NCBI GenBank assembly: GCA_951406725.2
Contig: OX597834.1
Location: 5,828,001-5,892,000, forward strand
Origin: Octopus vulgaris
Taxonomy: Eukaryota
Reading direction: 5' to 3'
Length of the DNA stretch: 64,000 nucleotides
Shown: piece by piece, positions 1 through 12,049 of the stretch
Numbering within the stretch: the first letter of the stretch is position 1
How the letters are laid out: the number at the start of each line of letters is the position of its first letter
Position numbers and translations under genes: made by a program
The notes under the pieces: model-generated
Database searches by the model: none
The model's input: only the letters and a program-made list of their open reading frames with translations
Told to the model about the DNA's origin: nothing

Positions 1-549
1 AGCCTCCATGACAGATGGAGAAAAGGAGGAATATTGTGGATACCAAATTTGAGTGGTTGCAACCAAATGGGTTTCTCTAAAAGAACACAAGGTCAAGATT
101 TTGCTGTGAATCCAGATGACTTCTTGGGAAAGGTCCTCTACTATAGACACTTTGGTGCTTTTTACGTGCTACCGGCACAGGTATCACAACTACAATTTCC
201 ATTTGATATTTATTTTGATGTTGATGTACTTGACTCAATAGCTCTCCTCAAGCACAGCAGGTCACCCTACGATCCAAAGTAAGCACAGCAGGTCTTTCTG
301 CAAATAAATGAATTAACAGGCATTTCACTTATGAGATTTCCGAAACATGGAATGTAAACTTGAAATGTGTTTTATCGGGCTTGTGACCTAAAGTTGCACA
401 TTTCTGTTTTTATAAGAGAAGGGTTTTCTGTTCCAAGAAAATGTCCCCGCAGCTTTTTCAGTGAGGTTATTGTAACTGTTGTGCTGATGTTGTTCTTGTT
501 ATTACTAGTCCGAATTCAGGAGGCGTAGTCATGACCATTCTCAAGACTA

Positions 550-968
550 CTCTTTTACTTATTTCAGTCATTTGACTGCGGCCATGCTGGAGCACTGCCT
601 TTAGTCGAACAAATCGACCCCAGGACTTATTCTTTGTAAGCCTAGTACTTATTATATCGGTCTCTTTTGCTGAATCGCTAAGTTATGGGGACGTAAACGC
701 ACCAGCTTTGGTTGTCAAGCGATGTTGGGGAACAAACATATACACAAACATATACACACAAACATACACACACACATACATATATACATATATATACATA
801 TATACGACGGGCTTCTTTCAGTTTCCATCTACCAAATTCACTCACAAGGCTTTGGTCGGCCCGAGGCTATAGTAGAAGACACTTGCCCAAGGTGCCACAC
901 AGTGGGACTGAATCCAGAACTATGTGGTTCGTAAGCAAGCTACTTACCACACAGCCACTCCTGCGCCT
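550..968 (-). mobile_element. SINE family A (tRNA-derived head, CORE-like domain, internal microsatellite, AAAAGAGT tail)
   Basis: Full-length match to the ~410-bp repeat seen >25 times in the window (head AGGCGCAGGAGTGGCTGTGTGGTAAG, B-box GGTTCAGTCCC, CCTTGGGCAAGTG). Confidence 0.9.
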
Positions 969-1104
969 ATAGATGAAAGACATGCGGAAGATTTCCATGA
1001 GATTTTCACCCATTATTTGCAACATAATGAGTTCTGCTAAAGACACCTCAGTAGAGCTGATATGATAGAGATTAATAACATATGATACAGATTACAGATG
1101 TAAG

Positions 1105-1376
1105 GACAAATGATCAAGACCGGGGCATTTTGGTGTGCTTGAGAAGAAGTCCAGTCAAGCCAAGTAAAATCACAGTCGTGGCAAATACATGCAAATGGCA
1201 CCTGTGCCGGTTGTACGTACAAGCATCCATTTCACTCTCAGGGTGGTTGGCGTTAGGAAAGGGCATCCAGCTGTAGAAACCCATGCCAAATCAAACTGGC
1301 GTCTGGTGCAGCCTTTCCTAGCTTGCCAGCCCTGGTCAAACTATGCAACCCATGTTAGCATGGACAACAGACATTA

Positions 1377-1380
<4 letters not shown>
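1105..1380 (+). mobile_element. Family D retroposon (RTE-type 3' end) with (GAT)n tail
   Basis: GGTTGGCGTTAGGAAAGGGCATCCAGCTGTAGAAAC...AACCCATGTTAGCATGGA motif running into a GAT repeat. Confidence 0.75.
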
Positions 1381-1468
<88 letters not shown>

Positions 1469-1535
1469 GGAGGAGGAGGAGGAGGAGGAGGAGGATGACG
1501 ACGACGACGATGATGATGATGATGATGATGATGAC

Positions 1536-1572
<37 letters not shown>

Positions 1573-1655
1573 GTTGATGATGGTGATGACGATGGTGATG
1601 ATGACGACTCTGGTGATGATGGTGATGATAATGATGATGATGATGATGATGATAG
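1377..1655. repeat. (GAT)n/(GAG)n/(GAC)n compound microsatellite
   Basis: Direct reading; expanded tail of family D. Confidence 0.97.
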
Positions 1656-2215
1656 ATTAATAACATGTTGATCAGAGGAATCTATTTTCTCATCCTCAGT
1701 ATATGACTGGTACATTTATCATATGTCCAGATAAGGATGGAACCCAAAGCTTTACTCTAGTCAGAATTAAACCCCAAGACTAGAATACCCCAAATTATAT
1801 TAGATATAGCATGAAGTATTGTGAATATACAAAGTACCAATGTACCCATACAACTAACCAGTTTCCGGCACCATCTCGATAAATTCCACACAATCAAATA
1901 ACGGAAACCTGGATTACTCCATGAATGGTTTTTCATAGCTCTAAGCTAAGATATGGAAGCGATGCATTTCCTAGTAATTATGGAACCGGATGCTGCAAAA
2001 ATGCATCGCAGAAATGTGAAAGCATTTGGGAAGAAAATGTCAATGCATAAAATATTCATTAAGTTTTCCCATTTGTTGATTAGAAAAATTTTTTTTTCAA
2101 TAACTCTGACAGATTTTAATAAGGATTCTGTTCATATTGAATTCCAGAACTGTCACCAAATGAAGCATACATAGATACATTCATGCATACATGCATACAT
2201 GTATGCATACATACG

Positions 2216-2629
2216 AGGCGCAGGAGTGGCTGTGTGGTAAGTAGCTTGCTAACCAACCACATGGTTCCGGGTTCAGTCCCACTGCATGGCATCTTGGGCA
2301 AGTGTCTTCTGCTATAGCCCCGGGCCGACCAATGCCTTGTGAGTGGATTTGGTAGATGGAAACTGAAAGAAGCCTATCGTATATATATATATATATATAT
2401 ATAAGTGTATGTGTATATGTTTGTGTGTCTGTGTTTGTGCCCCTAGCATTGCTTGACAACCGATGCTGGTGTGTTTACGTCCCCGTTACTTAGCGGTTCA
2501 GCAAAAGAGACCGATAGAATAAGTACTGAGCTTACAAAGAATAAGTCCCGGGGTTGATTTGCTCGACTAAAGGCGGTGCCCCAGCATGGCCGCAGTCAAA
2601 TGACTGAAACAAGTAAAAGAGTAAAAGAG
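2216..2629 (+). mobile_element. SINE family A
   Basis: Full-length copy. Confidence 0.9.
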
Positions 2630-2784
2630 ATTCCACCATGCATGCATTTATACATACATACATACGTAGCCTTACCTTGGATTAAATGATTAAATGATTA
2701 AATGATTAAATTGATCAATTAACCTGCCTACTTATTGAATTAGCATGTAAATATCCATACCTGTGAATATTATGCAGGTGTGTA

Positions 2785-2998
2785 AGGTGGTGATCTACAA
2801 GAACTGTTAGCACATAGGACAATATGCCTAGCAGCATTTCATTTGTCTTTGTGTTCTGAGTTCAAATTCTGACATGGTTGACTTTGCCATTCATCCTTTC
2901 AGGTTCGATAAATCAAGTACTAGTTGAGCACTGGGGTTGATGTAAATCAATTTAACCCCTCCCCTGAAATTGCTGGCCTTGTGCCAAAAGTTGAAACT
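2785..2998 (+). mobile_element. Diverged SINE family B (MetaSINE-like)
   Basis: GTTCTGAGTTCAAATT...GACTTTGCCATTCATCCTTTCAGGTTCGATAAA core. Confidence 0.7.
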
Positions 2999-3018
2999 AA
3001 TATACAGGTATATTACAT

Positions 3019-3432
3019 AGGCGCAGGATTGGCTGTGTGGTAAGTAGCTTGCTTACCAACCATTTGTTCCGGGTTCAGTTCCACTGCGTGGCATCTTGGT
3101 CAAGTGTCTTCTGCTATAGCCTTGTGTCGACCAAAGCCTAGTGAGTGGATTTGGTAGACGGAAACTGAAAGAAGCCCGTCGTATATATGTATATATATAT
3201 GTGTGTGTGTGTGTTTGTGTTTGTGTGTCTGTGTTTGTCTCATTAGCATTGCTTGACAACCGATGCTGGTGTGTTTATGTCCCCGTCACTTAGTGGTTCG
3301 GCAAAAGAGACTGATAGAATAAGTACTGGGCTTACAAAGAATAAGTTCTGGGGTCAAGTTGCTCGATTAAAGGTGGTGCTCCAGCATGGCCACAGTCAAA
3401 TGACTGAAACAAGTAAAAGAATAAAAGAGAGT
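3019..3432 (+). mobile_element. SINE family A
   Basis: Full-length copy. Confidence 0.9.
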
Positions 3433-3540
3433 ATGTAAATGCAATTTCCAGACGGAATCACTGACACAATGTGACAATTATGGCTCCTTAAATTACTGGT
3501 ATAAACCAACCACCAGAATGCCACACAGTTTTCATCTTTA

Positions 3541-4089
3541 TTCTTTTACTCTTTTACTTGTTTCAGTCATTTGACTGCAGCCATGCTGGGGCACCGCCTT
3601 TTAATCGAGCAACTCGACCCCGGGACTTATTCTTTGTAAGCTCAGTACTTATTCTATCGGTCTCTTTTGCCGAACCGCTAACTCACGAGGACATAAACAC
3701 ACCAGCATCGGTTGTCAATCAATGCTAGGGGAACAAGCACAGACACACAAACACACATATATATATACATATATACTCTCTTTCTCTCTTTTCTCTTTCA
3801 CTTGTTTCAGTCATTTGACTGCGGCCATGCTGGAGCACCGCCTTTAATCGAGCAACTCGACCCTGGGACTTATTCTTTTGTAAGCCCAGTAATTATTCTA
3901 TCGGTCTCTTTTGCCGAACCGCTAAGTGACGAGCTTCTTTCAGTTTCCGTCTACCAAATCCACTCACAAGGCATTGGTCGGCCCGAGGCTATAGTAGAAG
4001 ACACTTGCCCAAGATGCCACGCAGTGGGACTGAACCCAGAATCATGTGGTTGGTAAGCAAGCTACTTACCACACAGCCACTCCTGCGCA
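3541..4089 (-). mobile_element. SINE family A, composite with duplicated 3' half
   Basis: Two 3' halves (3541-3775 and ~3776-3930) joined to one head. Confidence 0.85.
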
Positions 4090-4094
4090 TCTAT

Positions 4095-4316
4095 TTGCTT
4101 TTATTTGCAATGCTTGGGTGTTCTTTACATGCCTCTGATGTATCTTGGGAGTCAAGTGGAAATGTTTCGTACGAGATATAAAAGTTCTGTGCATGGTACG
4201 TCGTGGCTGAATTGAACAGCAAGTTATCTTTGCTCAAATGAGATGGACTGGACATGTTATTAGAATGAAAGCCAGGTGATTGCCAAAGTATCCTTTTTAT
4301 GGCAAGCTCAACTCTG
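4095..4316 (+). pseudogene. RTE-clade LINE ORF remnant (post-RT region)
   Basis: Translation CL*CILGVKW...QMRWTGHVIRM..R*LPK..FYGKL matches the RTE motif CLRRILGIxW...QLRWxGHVxRM...RLPK..LYGEL; stops present; may continue at 4870-5105. Confidence 0.7.
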
Positions 4317-4321
4317 GTGTG

Positions 4322-4360
<39 letters not shown>

Positions 4361-4398
4361 GTGTGTGTATTTGTGTGTGTGTGTGTGTGTGAGTGTGT

Positions 4399-4429
<31 letters not shown>

Positions 4430-4654
4430 TATAGTTGAAATTTACAGAAAAACAAAAGACAGGTCTATGACAAGCAGGTGTACATACATACACACACATA
4501 CACAAATGACACACATGTATATATATATATATATACACACACGTGTGTATGTGTGTATGTATATGTGTGAATGTGTATATGTACATGCTCACACATATGT
4601 GTATGTGTACGTACTCACTCACATACATATACGTATATATATATATGCATACAT

Positions 4655-4714
<60 letters not shown>

Positions 4715-4780
4715 TCACACATATATGTATACAAGCGTGAGTATATGTGTGTGTGTGTGTGTATGTGTGTGTGGGTGGGT
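4317..4780. repeat. Compound (GT)n/(AC)n/(AT)n microsatellite
   Basis: Direct reading. Confidence 0.95.
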
Positions 4781-5109
4781 TGTCTGCAAACCTAAACACA
4801 ATCACACAAACACACTGATAAGTACACTAAAAGCAAAGTATGCTTAGCGCCATTTCTAGTGTTTAAGGAGGAAACCTATTAAATACAATACATTAGTGGA
4901 CACTAAGCTGATTACACCTTGAAAATTCTTGTTGAAATTGCTATCAGCAGCCAACTTCAGCTGATAGAAATTGTAATTGTACAAGATGGCACTTTGAAAA
5001 TGACTTTGAGACAGACAACTGATTATTAAGACGCAGCTGTGAAATATTTCTAATACTCAACAGAAACGGCAAACTTGCAAGTCTGCTGCTGATTCCAGTC
5101 TTCGCAGTA

Positions 5110-6095
5110 CAGCCGGGGTGGGGCACTACTTTCAGCCAGACTGGGGTACTACTTTCAGTCAGGGTGGGCTACTACTTTCAGCCAAGGTGGGGTACTACTT
5201 TCAGCCAGGGTGGGTTGCTACTTCCAGCCAGAGTGGGGTACTACTTTCAGCCAGGGTGCGGTACTACTTTCAGCCAGGGTGGGGTACTACTTTCAGCCAG
5301 GGTAGGGTACTACTTTCTGCCAGGGTGGGGTACTACTTTCAGCCAGGGTGGGGTACTACTTTCAGCCAGGGTGGGGTACTACTTTCAGCCAGAGTGGGGT
5401 ACTACTTTCAACCAGGGTGGGGTACTACTTTCAGCCAGGGTGGGGTACTACTTTCAGCCAGAGTGGGGTACTACTTTCAGCCAGGGTGGGGTACTACTTT
5501 CAACCAGGGTGGGGTACTACTTTCAGCCAGGGTATGGTACTACTTTCAGCCAGGGTGGGGTGCTACTTTCAGCCAGGGTGGGGTACTACTTTCAGCCAGG
5601 GTAGGGTACTACTTTCAGCCAGGGTAGGGTACTACTTTCAGCCAGGGTGGGTACTACTTTCAGCCACGGTGGGGTACTACTTTCAGCCAGGGTGGGGTAC
5701 TACTTTCAGCCAGAGTGGGGTGCTACTTTCAGCCAGGGTGGGTACTACTTTAGCCAGGGTGCGGTATTACTTTCAGCCAGGGTGGGGTACTACTTTCAGC
5801 CAGGGTGCGGTATTACTTTCAGCCAGGGTGGGGTACTACTTTCAGCCAGGGTGGGGTACTACTTTCAGCCAGGGTGGGGTGCTACTTTCAGCCAGGGTGG
5901 GGTACTACTTTTAGCCAGGGTGGGGTACTACTTTCAGCCAGGGTGGGGTGCTACTTTCAGCCAGGGTGGGGTACTACTTTCAGCCAGAGTGGGGTATTAC
6001 TTTCAGCCAGGGTGGGGTACTACTTTCAGCCAGGGTGGGGTACTACTTTCAGCCAGGGTGGGGTACTACTTTCAGCCAGGGTGGGGTACTACTTT
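5110..6095 (+). repeat. 23-bp minisatellite GGGGTACTACTTTCAGCCAGGGT, ~43 copies
   Basis: Head-to-tail units with few substitutions, no spacers. Confidence 0.97.
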
Positions 6096-6142
6096 GAATG
6101 AATGGATCAGTTATATTAATCTCAGGATTTATTTCAGTCTGG

Positions 6143-6361
6143 TACGAGTGGATGCTGAAAGTTCCTGGTTTTAATGATATTGCGAAAGGCTTGGTTAGTG
6201 ACCCAACCTACTGAGATTTTTTACAGGGCTTAGAAAAACTGAAGGACCATAGCAATATGTGGGTGACCCTGAGAGGGGAATATGTTAAATAAAATCACAA
6301 TTAACTGATCCTCCTGTATTTTATTTTACCCAGAGCCAGGAACTTTCAGCAGCCTCTCGTG
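6143..6361 (+). mobile_element. Mariner-derived MITE
   Basis: Imperfect TIRs (TA)CGAGTGGATGCTGAAAGTTCCTGG / CCAGGAACTTTCAGCAGCCTCTCG; interior resembles the mariner C-terminus GLEKLKD...LRGEYV; related copies at 19211 and 62971. Confidence 0.75.
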
Positions 6362-6815
6362 TATATATCTATGTTTGCATGTATATATATGTCTCTGTGT
6401 ATTTATACATACGTGTATGGATGGACAGATGGATGTATACATATATATGGATGGATATAAGAAGGAAAGAATAAAAAGTACTTAGTATTTTGCAGAATAG
6501 TATATTAATAATAACGAAGAGAAATAGAAGTATCAATGGTTTTGCTTTTTAGACTATTTATAAACTTGCATAAATGGTTTCCGAATTTTCCTAACAAAAT
6601 TAAATTAAACGAGTTACTGTTTAAACTCTCAGTTTTAAAATTTAAGGTATAAACAGTTTAGCAATATCTCATTTAATTAAATTTCTTTAGGAAAATTGGA
6701 AGACCATTTATAACTTCTTATAACTAAACCAAGAAACATAATCTTCATTACTTCTTGTTTTTCTTTCTTATTAAGGTTACTGTTATTAACATTATTATTA
6801 TTATTATTATTATTA

Positions 6816-6862
<47 letters not shown>

Positions 6863-6879
6863 GTTGTTGTTGTTGTTGT

Positions 6880-7241
6880 TTCCTTCTTTCTTCAAATGTT
6901 CTTCCGTATCACACCGAGTGTTTTCCGTACACCTAGGGCAGAGAAGCTCATTGTATGCATTCCCAGATTACACTCGCAAGTTCACAGGTAAAATATATAT
7001 TTTTAAAAAAATTAATAAATAAATAAATTCATGAATGGATGTTGTTTTCACAGCAATAATGCTCTTCTCAGTACATGAGCCGTTCCAGTTAACACAATTT
7101 TTTGCACTTCCTGTAGGGATGGTAAGCCTGGTATCATTTTCAAAAAGGTTTCAGTACCTTTTTTTATCATTCCTAGAGATCCTACAATCACTGGTACTGT
7201 AGTCACCTTGAGATGCCACATTTTTTTCAATTTCTATTAGC
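6880..7241 (-). mobile_element. 5'-truncated R4/Dong-clade non-LTR retrotransposon in (TAA)n
   Basis: ORF 7048-7230 WHLKVTTVPVIVGSLGMI...VQKIVLTGTAHVLRRAL resembles the restriction-like endonuclease C-terminus; TAA/TTA repeats on both sides. Confidence 0.8.
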
Positions 7242-7263
7242 ATTATTATTATTATTTTTATTA

Positions 7264-7309
<46 letters not shown>

Positions 7310-7707
7310 CATCATTTTCATTATCATCTTTTAATTCTGTTTCCATTTCTTGCCAAGTGTCTTCCTGAAACCTAGGACAGAGAAACGCACTGTATACATT
7401 AGCAGGCCATTAAAATAAACACACCAAATTGTCCATTTACAAAGTCATGTGAAAGTGAAAAGGAAGAAGAAAGACAGAGAGAAAAAAATAAAAAATAAAA
7501 AAGTAAACAAAGAAAATAAAGAAGTAAAAGGGAAAGAAAATTCACAGCTACAACACTCTTCTCAATACGTGTGACCAGTTGTCAGTTAAGACAACCTTTT
7601 TCACTTCCTGCATGGATGGTAATCCAGGGACCATTCTTAAATAATTTTCAGTTTCTTTTTTGATCATTGCAAGTGCTCCTACAATCACTGGTATTGTAAC
7701 TGTCTTA

Positions 7708-7940
7708 TGGCGGCGAGCTGGCAGAAACGTTAGCACACCAGGCGAAATGCGTAGCCGTATTTCGTCTGCCATTACGTTCTGAGTTTAAATTCCGCTGAGG
7801 TCGACTTTGCCTTTCATCCTTTCAGGGTCGATTAAATAAGTACCAGTTACACACTGGGGTCGATGTAATCGATTTAAACCATTTGTCTGTCCTTGTTTGT
7901 CCTCTCTGTGTTTAGCCCCTTGTTGGGTAGTAAAGAAATA
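7708..7940 (+). mobile_element. SINE family B (MetaSINE-like) with ~17-bp TSD
   Basis: TSD GGTATTGTAAC(T/C)GTCTT; core GTCGACTTTGCCTTTCATCCTTTC.GGGTCGAT..ATAAGTACCAG. Confidence 0.9.
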
Positions 7941-8534
7941 GGTATTGTAACCGTCTTGAGATGCCACATCTTTTTGGTTTTGATGAGCAAATCTTTATAT
8001 TTTCTGAGCTTATCAAATTCTTTTGCTGAGATTTTATGGTCACAGGGTATCCTGTCTATTAGCCTTGATTACTCTATCTGTGTACATTGACATATCTCAG
8101 AATATGGTTGCATCATCATTTCCTCAGACATTTTCTGGAGTGTGCCTATACCATCTTTATCCTGTTATTATTCCATAATAACTCTGTCATGTCTGTGGAT
8201 ATATTCCTTCTGAGTCAGGACTGGGCAGCCAGAGGTAATATGATTTATTGTTTCTTCTCCATCACCACATATTCTGCAGCTATTTGTATTTTTCTTCATT
8301 GTGTGTTTCTGGTGATTTCTGGTTGGGAGGCTTTGGTCTTGTACTGCAATTAAGAATCTTTCAGTCTTGAGCTTCTCAGCCATTATTGGGATTTTATTTT
8401 GTCTATTTCTTTTCTGTTTAGCTTATCCCAGTATTTGCCATGTAAGGGATATTCTTGCCATCGTTTTATCATGGTATTTTCTTGTTTCATTTTCAGTTGT
8501 TTTACAGCTTTTTTTGTTTCTTCTTTTTCTTCAT

Positions 8535-8945
8535 AGGCGCAGGAGTGGCTGTGTGGTAAGTAGCTTGCTTACGAACCACATGGTTCTGGGTTCAGTCCCA
8601 CTGCGTGGCACTTTGGGCAAGTGTCTTCTACTATAACCTCAGGCCGACAAAAGCCTTGTGAGAGAATTTGGTAGATGGAAACTGAAAGAAGCCTGTCGTA
8701 TATATGTACATATATGTATATATATATATGTGTATGTTTATGTGTTGTGTTTGCCCTCCCCCAGCGCTTGACAACCGATGCTGGTGTGTTTACGTGCCCG
8801 TAACTTAGCGGTTTGGCAAAAGAGACCAACAGAATAAGTACTAGGCTTACAAAGAATAAGTCCTGGGGTCGATTTCCTCGACTAAAGGCGGTGCTCCAGC
8901 ATGGCCATGGTCAAATGACTGTAACAAGTAAATGAGTAAATGAGT
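8535..8945 (+). mobile_element. SINE family A (inside Dong)
   Basis: Full-length copy. Confidence 0.9.
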
Positions 8946-9615
8946 TGTCAGGTACGATGACATCTTTCATGTATTTTTCAGCTTCCTTAAAGACAGAAAA
9001 CAGATTTTTGCTTTGTTCACGTTTTGTGGCTATTTGTTCCAGTTTTAGGTATTTCTGTAATCCTATGGTGGTTATTTTACAATAGTTTTTCTAGTTGTAT
9101 AACGCCCTCTACGACATTCAATTCATTGTATATATGTCAGATTTTGAGTGGCACATCCTAAATTCTGTCATTAGTTTTCTTGTTGTCCTGTCTTATTTTG
9201 GTTAGTTCATTTAGAGTCCAATTAAGAGTATTGTAACAGTAACTTATAACTGAGACAGCTTGAGAGTTGATACCTATTATCTTGTTTTGCGCATTGTGTT
9301 CTTCTGTTTTATGTATTAATTTAATTCCTCTATAGTATTCCTTCCTTATCTTGTCTTTCATTTGTTGTGTGTTGATTCTTAAGCTGATTCCTAAGTATTT
9401 TTATGTCTGGCTTTGGTCTAATTCTCTTATTTCATCTGTTTTATCTAGTGTGATATTGCTACTATTTCGAAGGTTGCTTTGGCACACTTTTCTAAGTCAA
9501 ATTTCATGTTTATTTCTTTGGTAAATCTATGCGCTGTCTGTAGTAATGTTTCCAGTTGTTTAGCTCATTTGCAATACACTGCTTTAAATCGTCTATATAC
9601 AAGAGATGGTTGATT

Positions 9616-9782
9616 GGCGTAGGAGTGGCTGTGTGGTAAGTAGCTTGTTTATGAACCACATGGTTCCGGGTTCAGTCCCACTGCATGACACCTTGGGCAA
9701 GTGTCTTCTACTATAGCCTCGGGTCGACCGACCAAAGCCTTGTGAGTGGATTTGATAGATAGAATCTGAAAGAAGCCCTTCG

Positions 9783-9835
<53 letters not shown>

Positions 9836-10042
9836 TTGTGTGTCTGTGTTTGTTTCCCCCCAACATCCCTTGACAACCGATGCTGGTGTGTTTACATCAC
9901 CGTAATGTAGCAGTTTGGTAAAAGCGACCGATAGAATAAGTACCAGGCTTACAAAGAATAAGTCCTGGGGTCGATTCGCTCGACGAAAGGCAATGCTCCA
10001 GCATGGCCACAGTCAAATGACTGAAACAAGTAAAAGAGTAAA
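9616..10042 (+). mobile_element. SINE family A (inside Dong RT)
   Basis: Full-length copy next to the YIDD motif. Confidence 0.9.
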
Positions 10043-10252
10043 ATAGATTGTTTTATCATAGCAGTTGTATCCACATCCAGTTCTGTTTAGAATGTCAGTT
10101 AAAGGAACAAGTGCCAAGCAGAAAAGAAATGGAGGGAGTGAGTTTCCTTGGGATATTTCTTTTCAAATGGGGTTGGCTTTAGTTTTCACGAGTCCCTCTT
10201 TTGTCTGGAGATGCAGCACTCTTTGCTATTTATTCATGGCATGTTTTATATA

Positions 10253-10289
<37 letters not shown>

Positions 10290-10600
10290 GTGGAGGCGCA
10301 ATGGCCTAGTGGTTAGGCCAGCGGACTCGCGGTCGCAGGATCGCGGTTTCGATTCCCAGACCAGGCGTTGTGTGTGTTTATTGAGCAAAAACACCAAAAA
10401 GCTCCACGACGCTCAGGCAGGGGGGGGGGGGTGATCCCTGCTGTGCTCTTTCACCACTCTTTCTCCCACTCTTTCTTCTGTTGGCCTGCTCACTTAGCCA
10501 GTGGGGTGGCGTCATTCGAAGGCTAAAACAATGCGAATGCATTGTGACCAGCGATGTGTAACAACATCTGATGGTCTGGTCGGTCACGTGATCACGTGAT
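10290..10600 (+). mobile_element. SINE family C (tRNA head) with RTE-derived tail
   Basis: A box TGGCCTAGTGG, B box GGTTTCGATTCCC; tail GTGACCAGCG...GGTCACGTGATCACGTGAT; sits in (TTA)n. Confidence 0.85.
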
Positions 10601-10984
10601 TATTATTATTATTGGTGCTGCCTTGTTCATAGCCAGTACATCCAGGATCCATGTGTGGGGAATACTGACAAAAGCATTTCGCTAATCAATCCAAGTCATA
10701 CTTAGACTCTTTTTTTTTTTCAGCTGTTTTCAGTTATGGCTTTATTGATCAAAAACTGATCTTTGCAGCCATATGAGCCCTTGTAGCATCCCTTCTGCTT
10801 TTCTGGAAACAAATTGTTTTCTTCTGGATGCTTGCCCATTCTCTGCGATATTATTGCAGTTAAAGCTTTGTAAATTGTAGGGAGACATGTTATGGGTCTA
10901 TAGCGTTGTGGGTGTGTCATTCCATTGGATTTGGGAATTGAGATGGTTTCCCCTTCTAAGGCCCATTCAGGTCTCGTCTCTGAC

Positions 10985-11390
10985 TCTCTCTCTTTTACTC
11001 TTTTACTTGTTTCTGTAATTTGACTGTGGCCATGCTGGAGCACCGCCTTTAGTTGAGGAAATCGACCCCGGGACTTATTCTTTGTAAGCCTACTACTTAT
11101 TCTATCAGTCTCTTTTGCCTAACCGCTAAGTTACGGAGACGTAAACGCACCAACATCGGTTGTCAGGCGTTGTTCAGGGTACAAACATAGACACACAAAC
11201 ACACACACATATATATACATATATACGACAGGCTTCTTTCAATTTCCATCTACCAAATCCACTCACAAGGCTTTGGTCGGCCCGAGGCTATAAGTAGAAG
11301 ACACTTGCCCAAGGTGCCACGCAGTGGGACTAAACCCGGAGCCATGTGGTTGGTAAGCAAGCTACTTACCACACAGCCACTCCTGCGCCT
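10985..11390 (-). mobile_element. SINE family A with TSD TGACTCTCT
   Basis: Full-length copy; flanking duplication at 10981 and 11392. Confidence 0.9.
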
Positions 11391-11618
11391 ATGACTCTCT
11401 AGTATCTCGTTGAATCTCTCAGGCAGTGTCTTAAGGGTTCCTATTAAATACTAAAACCAGAAAGATGGGGATCTTGCCATGTGCAGGTGCCTTCCAGTTG
11501 CTTAGTTTTTTTAAGTACCTGGGTGAGCTCTTCCATTGTTATAAGTGCATAGAATTGTTCAGGTGCTGTGTTTCTTTTCTGAGGTTGCTTCTTCACTAAC
11601 CATATTTCTTCCTAAAAA

Positions 11619-11850
11619 GGCTGCGAGCTGGCAGAAACGTTAGCACGCCGGGCGAAATGCTTAGCGGTATTTCGTCTGTCACTACGTTCTGAGTTCAAAT
11701 TCCGCCGAGGTCGACTTTGCCTTTCATTCTTTCGGGGTCGATAAATAAAGTACCAGTTACGCACTGGAGTCGATGTAATCGACTTACTTCCTTTGTCTGT
11801 CCTTGTTTGTCCCCTCTACGTTTAGCCCCCTTGTGGGCAGTAAAGAAATA
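11619..11850 (+). mobile_element. SINE family B with TSD ATATTTCTTCCTAAAA
   Basis: Full-length copy with flanking duplication. Confidence 0.9.
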
Positions 11851-12049
11851 TATATTTCTTCCTAAAATTCTTCCACTATTTCTGCTGTTGGTGCTACATT
11901 GTGACTCGCAGCATTGCCAGTTTGAGAAAACAGCAAAGGGAGTGCCATCAGTCAACCCTGCCCGAAATGTACACAGAGGGAGAAAATCATTGTGAATGCC
12001 CTTCTTCAGTGCCTGAGCACTGTTGACTCATAGGTTTATGTCACATATT

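Larger units (their letters stand above)
7332..11890 (-). mobile_element. Degenerate R4/Dong-clade LINE interrupted by six SINEs
   Basis: Colinear pieces: NWKAP (~11490), YRPITCLPTIYK...QKGC..GSYGCKDQFLINK (10720-10980), QGNSLPPFLFCLALVPL (~10100-10150), NHLLYIDDLK (9582-9613), CRICGDGEETINHITSGC zinc knuckle (8168-8383), endonuclease C-terminus (7548-7700). Confidence 0.85.

Noticed and set aside
1-150. Possible mariner fragment or exon (NPDDFL)
   Set aside because: Similarity too short, needs frameshifts and is cut by the window edge
712-972. Recurrent ORFs such as RLWSARGYSRRHLPK and AIVEDTCPRCHAVGLNPEPCG
   Set aside because: Chance frames of SINE A, variably broken between copies
1355-1715. 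Poly-Met/Ser/Ile ORFs, and similar ones at 16842, 19288, 22817, 25021, 45045, 53446, 56009, 61847
   Set aside because: Microsatellite translations
5110-6095. CRISPR-like array or repetitive protein gene
   Set aside because: Units are contiguous with no unique spacers and no cas genes; ORFs arise from a stop-free 23-bp unit
10290-10375. tRNA gene (also 13700, 37943, 39436, 56832)
   Set aside because: tRNA-like A/B boxes continue into SINE bodies; no convincing complete cloverleaf or terminator
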